Assembly: GCA_963845535.1 (NCBI GenBank) | Contig: CAWJSK010000012.1 | Location: forward strand, 384,001 to 448,000 | Length of the DNA stretch: 64,000 bases | Direction: 5' to 3' | Source: an uncultured Spirochaetota bacterium | Lineage (GTDB): Bacteria; Spirochaetota; Spirochaetia; SZUA-6; Fen-1364 | Part shown: piece by piece, positions 59,393 to 64,000 of the stretch | Numbering within the stretch: position 1 is the first letter of the stretch | Layout: the number at the start of each line of letters is the position of its first letter | Translations under genes and position numbers: made by a program | The notes under the pieces: generated by a model | The model's database searches: none | What the model was told of the DNA's origin: nothing | What the model saw: the letters and a program-made list of their open reading frames with translations, nothing else

Positions 59393-60241
59393 ATGATGGC
59401 ATACGACCGGACGCTTGTCTTGGGTGGTGGCGGTCGCGTCGGGACGGCCTGGATGGCGGGACTGGTGGGGGGGTTACAACGCCAGGGAATCGATCTAGGG
59501 CAGGCGGACCGGATTATCGGCACCTCGGCCGGTGCCATCGTGGGCGCAGCCCTTGCTGTGGGCCAGGGTCTGGACCATTTCGCGCGGCTGGGTCCTGCAG
59601 ACGGTCGCACCGCCACGCCGCCCCAGCCGGACGTATCGCGGATGGAGCAGGTGTTCGCCATACTCGGCTCCTCCGGGATGGACCCTGGTGAGGCCATGCG
59701 TCAAATCGGAAAGATTGCACTTGCCGATCGTGACTCAGCGGCCGAGCAGGCTCAACTTGCTGGGCGCCGTATGCTGGTGGGCACCGATGCGTGGCCAGAC
59801 CGCTCTCTGCTGATCGTTGCAGTCGACGCGGTCAGCGGCGAGCCCGTGGTTTGGGATCGCGACGCGAACGTCTCGCTGGTGTCGGCAGTGACCGCCAGCA
59901 GCGCCTTCCCGGGGGCATCTCCGCCGATCCGGGTTCGCGACTGGTGGTACATCGACGGCGGTCTGCGGTCCTGCACCAATGCGGACCTCGCTGCGGGATC
60001 CCGCATCCTGATCGTCGTCGAGCCGCTAGCACACCTGTTCCCCCGGGAAATACTGCGGCGGGAACTGGAGGTCGCCCGGGCGAGCACTACAGTGACCCTC
60101 GCACCCGACCCAGCCTCGTTGCGGACATTCGGACCCAGTCTGTACGAACGGGAATCCTGGAACCCCGCCTACGAGGCGGGACTTGACCAGGCCGCCAGGA
60201 TCGCCGACCAAGTGCGCGCCTCTTGGGGAATGTCGATCTAA
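59393..60241 (+). CDS. Patatin-like phospholipase
   Basis: LGGGG, GTSAG, IDGG. Confidence 0.92.
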   Translation: MMAYDRTLVLGGGGRVGTAWMAGLVGGLQRQGIDLGQADRIIGTSAGAIVGAALAVGQGLDHFARLGPADGRTATPPQPDVSRMEQVFAILGSSGMDPGEAMRQIGKIALADRDSAAEQAQLAGRRMLVGTDAWPDRSLLIVAVDAVSGEPVVWDRDANVSLVSAVTASSAFPGASPPIRVRDWWYIDGGLRSCTNADLAAGSRILIVVEPLAHLFPREILRRELEVARASTTVTLAPDPASLRTFGPSLYERESWNPAYEAGLDQAARIADQVRASWGMSI

Positions 60242-60261
60242 GAGCCGTCCAGCCGTTCTTG
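60231..60261 (+). promoter_or_regulatory. ECF promoter copy 3 (LUD-MFS genes)
   Basis: TGTCG-N18-CGTTCTTG. Confidence 0.75.
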
Positions 60262-60309
60262 TTGACGAATGACGGTTATCAAGCGCTGAGGAAGCGGAAG
60301 GAGAGCTTT

Positions 60310-61011
60310 ATGACAGCGGTTCAGGAATACAAGAGATTCAGCACGGCGCAGGCCGACGACCAGGCCGAGGCGCGAAGAGGAGTTATGGATTCCGATGTAG
60401 TGGTTCCAGAGGCCCTGATAGAGTCGACTGCGGAGGCCATCAGAGGGCGCAACATCCGCGTGATAGTTGTCAGCACAAAAGCGGAAGCGCTCTCTCGACT
60501 GAAGGAGATGATCCCCTCCGGAGCGTCTGTTTCGACAGGATTCTCGCGCACATTGAAGGAAATCGGATTCGAAGATCTCCTTAAGTCGGGTGACCACCCG
60601 TGGCGCAACTTCAAAGCGGAAATCGCGGCCGAAACTGACTTTGACAAGCAGATGGCCGTGCGCAAACAGTCGACCCTGGCAGACTACTACATCGGTAGCG
60701 TGAACGCCATCGCGGCCACGGGAGAGATAGTCTTTGGCAGCACAAGCGGCAGTCAGATCGCGCCGTATGCCTACGACTCCTCCAACCCGATTTGGGTCGC
60801 CGGCGCGCAGAAGATTACCCCCGATCTCGAAAGTGCTCTCCGGCGGGTGAGGCAATATGTTGCTCCCCTCCTCGACAAACAGATGAAAGAGGCGACGGGC
60901 GGGAGAATGGGAAGCCCGATCGGAAAGGTTCTGATCTTCGAGCGGGAGGATCCTGTTGTCTTGCATCGTACTGTTACCCTGCTGCTCGTGCGCGAGAAGG
61001 TTGGGGTGTGA
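60310..61011 (+). CDS. LUD (LutC/YkgG-like) domain protein
   Basis: G.S.TL.EIG, ADYYIGSVNAI..TGEIV...SGSQ, VAGAQKI. Confidence 0.8.
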   Translation: MTAVQEYKRFSTAQADDQAEARRGVMDSDVVVPEALIESTAEAIRGRNIRVIVVSTKAEALSRLKEMIPSGASVSTGFSRTLKEIGFEDLLKSGDHPWRNFKAEIAAETDFDKQMAVRKQSTLADYYIGSVNAIAATGEIVFGSTSGSQIAPYAYDSSNPIWVAGAQKITPDLESALRRVRQYVAPLLDKQMKEATGGRMGSPIGKVLIFEREDPVVLHRTVTLLLVREKVGV

Positions 61012-61040
61012 AAAAGAGACTGGGAGGAGGAGATATCAAT

Positions 61041-62630
61041 ATGAACAAGAATCCAGTCACGGTCGCCGACGCGTCGGGTCGCGGCCTCGTGCTCTTGGGA
61101 TTGCTGCTTGCAATCGGACTCTCAGCGATGGACGCTTCCATCGTCGCGACGGCAGTTCCCGCCATTGCGGCCGCTCTTGGCGGACTAACGCAATTCCCGT
61201 GGGTGTTTTCCGCCTATCTTCTTGCCACGGCCGCCACAATTCCCCTCTATGGAAGGCTTGCCGATCAGTTCGGGCGCAAACGGCTTCTCATGACAGGCAG
61301 TGCAATCTTTGTCATTGGCTCCGTTGCCAGTGGTTTTTCCTGGAACATGCCTGCGCTCATCCTTTTCCGTGCCATTCAGGGCATCGGTGCAGGCGCGTTG
61401 ATGCCGCTCTCCATGACCATCGTCGGTGATCTCTATACTGTTGAGGAGCGTGCGCGTATCCAGGGTGTTCTCGCAAGCGTGTGGGGAATCTCTGCCGTAC
61501 TCGGCCCATTCGCGGGAGGGCTTTTCACGCAATACCTCACGTGGCGCTGGATCTTTTTTGTGAACCTACCCGTCGGCATCGCGGCGATCGCAGTCATCGC
61601 CGCGTTCCTCCACGAACGCCCGCAACGCCGTGCCGTTCGCATCGACTACCTTGGCGCTGCGCTGCTCATCGTCGGCCTCGGGGCAGTCATGCTCGCGCTC
61701 CTCCAAGCCGGCAACGCCTGGCGGTGGAGCGACCCGCGCACACTCGCCGCCGGGGCGGGCGGAGTCATCCTCATGGCGCTGTTCGTCGCGCGTGAGCGGC
61801 GGGCCGCAAACCCGATCTTCCCTCTGTGGATCCTCGGGAACCGAACGCTTGCCGGGGCGACGCTCGCTATGATGGTCATCGGTCTCATAACGCTCGGCTT
61901 GAGCGCGTACCTGCCAATGCTCGCGCAGGCAGTGTTCGGCGCCACACCGATCCTCGCCGGCGGCCTGCTCGGCATCATCTCGATCGCCTGGGTGGCAGCC
62001 GCGACGGTCTCCGGACGACTCTACATGAAGATCGGCTTTCGCAGCACGGCCGTTATCGGAGCGATAATTGCAGGGTGCGGGGCGTTGACCCTCTCGCTCC
62101 TCGACCAGGGAAGTGTCATCTACCTCCTTACGGTCGGCTCCGCTGCCATCGGGTTCGGCTTCGGGTTCATCTCCTCGCCTTTGATGGTCGGAGCGCAGTC
62201 CATCGTAGACTGGGGCCGGCGCGGCGTGGTAACAGGAGCGGTGAACTTCGGTCAGAGCTTCGGCAGTACCATCAGCACTGCGCTGCTCGGCAGCGTCTTC
62301 AATACGACGCTCGTTCGTTGGATTGCGGGCGCACCCTTATCGCTTCGCGCGTTGCTACCAGCTCCAGATCACGCGGTTGACGCGCTTCGCAGTTCCCCGA
62401 CTGCGCCGCGCGTGGTGGGCTACCTGCGGGAGGGGCTCTTCCTTGCGGTGCATCACGTCGAAATAGGCATCCTTGTTGCTGCCGTTGTTGGCCTTGCGAT
62501 TATCGTGTTCGTTGTACCTCGCAAGTTTCAACCAGTTTCGGAGACTCACGGTGCCGAAGGACCTGCTCGTCAGATCGAAGACACACGAGAGAAGAGTCCA
62601 GCGGCTTCCGGGGCAGCCGATGTAGCCTGA
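61041..62630 (+). CDS. DHA2/MDR-type MFS transporter
   Basis: MDASIVATA, YGRLADQFGRK, FRAIQGIG, WRWIFFVNLP. Confidence 0.92.
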   Translation: MNKNPVTVADASGRGLVLLGLLLAIGLSAMDASIVATAVPAIAAALGGLTQFPWVFSAYLLATAATIPLYGRLADQFGRKRLLMTGSAIFVIGSVASGFSWNMPALILFRAIQGIGAGALMPLSMTIVGDLYTVEERARIQGVLASVWGISAVLGPFAGGLFTQYLTWRWIFFVNLPVGIAAIAVIAAFLHERPQRRAVRIDYLGAALLIVGLGAVMLALLQAGNAWRWSDPRTLAAGAGGVILMALFVARERRAANPIFPLWILGNRTLAGATLAMMVIGLITLGLSAYLPMLAQAVFGATPILAGGLLGIISIAWVAAATVSGRLYMKIGFRSTAVIGAIIAGCGALTLSLLDQGSVIYLLTVGSAAIGFGFGFISSPLMVGAQSIVDWGRRGVVTGAVNFGQSFGSTISTALLGSVFNTTLVRWIAGAPLSLRALLPAPDHAVDALRSSPTAPRVVGYLREGLFLAVHHVEIGILVAAVVGLAIIVFVVPRKFQPVSETHGAEGPARQIEDTREKSPAASGAADVA

Positions 62631-62640
62631 AGTCAAGTTG

Positions 62641-62688
62641 TCGTGCTCCCCATCTGTTCACCCACTTTTATCCTGAAGGGGAGCACGA
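62641..62688. other. 11-bp perfect inverted repeat with 26-nt spacer
   Basis: TCGTGCTCCCC-N26-GGGGAGCACGA. Confidence 0.7.
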
Positions 62689-62698
62689 TCCCTGTTTT

Positions 62699-62743
62699 TA
62701 CCGGGAAAAGCTCGCGTCCTACGGCGCGTTTCTGGTGAAGGCG
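62699..62743 (+). repeat. 45-bp diverged direct repeat of 56686-56730 (zinc-ribbon gene)
   Basis: 41/45 identical; reads [15 protein letters not shown] versus [15 protein letters not shown]. Confidence 0.85.
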
Positions 62744-62755
62744 GGCGCCGGGCGA

Positions 62756-62860
62756 AAGGGCTCTCCTCAGACAGGACTCGGCAGCCCAGATATTCCGTGA
62801 GTCGGAAGCAAATTCGGTCATGCTCCCCAGCGGGAGTGAACGGATCTCGGCTACCATCCG
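62756..62860 (-). pseudogene. HepT/DUF86-like HEPN ribonuclease, N-terminal fragment
   Basis: RMVAEIRSLPLGSMTEFASDSRNIWAAESCLRRAL resembles the DUF86 N-terminal F..D....A.E..L...pattern. Confidence 0.6.
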
Positions 62861-62902
62861 CTGCTTGCAAAGGCAACCCCGCCGAACGCCGGCGGGCGGC
62901 GG

Positions 62903-64000
62903 TCAGAACTCCCGCAGGCTTTCGTCCACGCCTTTGCGCATCTCGAACCACCAGTCGAGCGCCGCCTCTTTCCTGTCCTTCTCGAAGCGCGTGATCCACT
63001 CGGTGAGCTGCGGATCCGTCTCTCCCTCCACGTCGCGTGTCCGCTTCAGGAAGGACAGGACGAGGTCGATGTTGCGCTCCGATTCCCAGTACACGGACGC
63101 GTTTCGGGAGTTGATCCTGGTGGCGGTGACCGCCGTGGAGGCAAGGAGCTGGTCCTTCATGCCGAAGATGCTGCCGAAGACTTCCGCCACGGTATCTTCG
63201 GCCCAGCCGCGGTGGAACCGGCAGAACCCGGCAGTGTCCAGGAGGAGCTCCTTCTGGAAGCGCTCCGCGCACAGGCGTCCGAGCGTGCGCGGCGGGGCAA
63301 AAGCGAAGCCGTAGTACATGTAGTACTTGCCCATGATGGGCATGGGCGCAAGGACGCCCGGCGCCCAGTACTGGTTAGGAACCATCCAGCCCTGCCGCCC
63401 GAAGGCCACGTAGACAAAGCTGTCCAGGAGGCGCTTGCCGCGCGCGCGTGAGAGCTGACGCCCCCATTTGCGCGCGCCCTGGGACAGGTCTACGACCCCG
63501 CGGCGCATGATGATGGAGTCCAGCAGCTCCATTCCGAGCTCGGAGTTGAGAGTGGAGTCCGCAACCGGATCAAAGCCCTCCGTCTTCCACCGGGGTACAC
63601 GGGTCACGCCAAGGTCTTCCTTGGACAGCTCGCCTTCATCGAGCAAGTCCATCATCCAGGCAATCACGCCGCCGGCGGAAATGGCGTCAAAACCGAGTGC
63701 ATCCGCGTGGTGACAAAGTTGCTCCGCCGCGCGCTGGTCGAAGACGCCGCACAATGGCCCCATGGTCTGGTAGGGCTCATAGTCCTTCTTGAAATCGTCC
63801 TTCATCTTCTTGCACACGGCGGCGCACGGCTCGCCGCAGGTGTGCTGGCGGCGGGGAACGATGGTCTCCTCGTTGAACTGCGCCAGGTAATGATTCACGA
63901 CAAGGTTCTCATGCAGGGAAAGCCGCTCATCCTCGGTCTGAAGCATCGTCCGATAATTGAACGCGATGATGCGGCCCTTGACGCCCGCGTAGTTCACCCC
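62903..64000 (-). CDS. Aldehyde:ferredoxin oxidoreductase family, GAPOR-like (5' part outside window)
   Basis: CGEPCAAVCKK, KKDYEPY, GVFDQRAAE, D.LGFDAI, MVPNQYW, GFCRFHRGW. Confidence 0.85.
   Translation of the reverse strand, partial: GVNYAGVKGRIIAFNYRTMLQTEDERLSLHENLVVNHYLAQFNEETIVPRRQHTCGEPCAAVCKKMKDDFKKDYEPYQTMGPLCGVFDQRAAEQLCHHADALGFDAISAGGVIAWMMDLLDEGELSKEDLGVTRVPRWKTEGFDPVADSTLNSELGMELLDSIIMRRGVVDLSQGARKWGRQLSRARGKRLLDSFVYVAFGRQGWMVPNQYWAPGVLAPMPIMGKYYMYYGFAFAPPRTLGRLCAERFQKELLLDTAGFCRFHRGWAEDTVAEVFGSIFGMKDQLLASTAVTATRINSRNASVYWESERNIDLVLSFLKRTRDVEGETDPQLTEWITRFEKDRKEAALDWWFEMRKGVDESLREF

Noticed and set aside
59313..60295. Integron attC cassette sites
   Set aside because: No RYYYAAC/GTTRRRY palindromic structure and no integrase; the repeats fit ECF promoters better.
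56686..62743. Diversity-generating retroelement TR/VR pair (3 of 4 mismatches at adenines)
   Set aside because: Only 45 bp, the A-bearing copy is the coding one, changes are mostly synonymous, and no reverse transcriptase is present.
1..64000. tRNA, rRNA or riboswitch
   Set aside because: None recognised by eye; tRNAscan-SE and Infernal/Rfam scans are needed to exclude them.

Overview
GC-rich bacterial chromosomal window. Gene content (possible PyrI-like tail before pyrC, LolA-like/outer-membrane ABC cluster) loosely suggests an uncultured spirochaete-like anaerobe; this is inference only. The backbone encodes dihydroorotase, sugar metabolism genes (FGGY kinase, DeoR, transaldolase, isomerase-araB-araD, sugar-binding protein), an XPB helicase with a helicase-associated partner, a VIT/vWA pair, adenosine deaminase, a LolCDE-like ABC operon with many single-base frameshifts, and a GAPOR-like aldehyde:ferredoxin oxidoreductase cut by the window end. 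Two accessory regions stand out. (1) About 10.2-19.7 kb: two IS630 relics and an apparently complete IS5-like element (16672-18839) with terminal inverted repeats, TA flanks, a divergent DUF6788-like gene and a bidirectional sigma70 promoter. (2) About 56.8-62.9 kb: a HepT/DUF86-like toxin gene is split in two around an insert. The insert carries an 84-bp GspE/PilB fragment, an internally deleted IS91-like element, and an ECF42-type sigma/DGPF module with three matching promoters (TGTCG-N18-CGTTCTTG) in front of its own operon, a patatin gene and a LUD-MFS pair. No rRNA, tRNA or CRISPR array was recognised.
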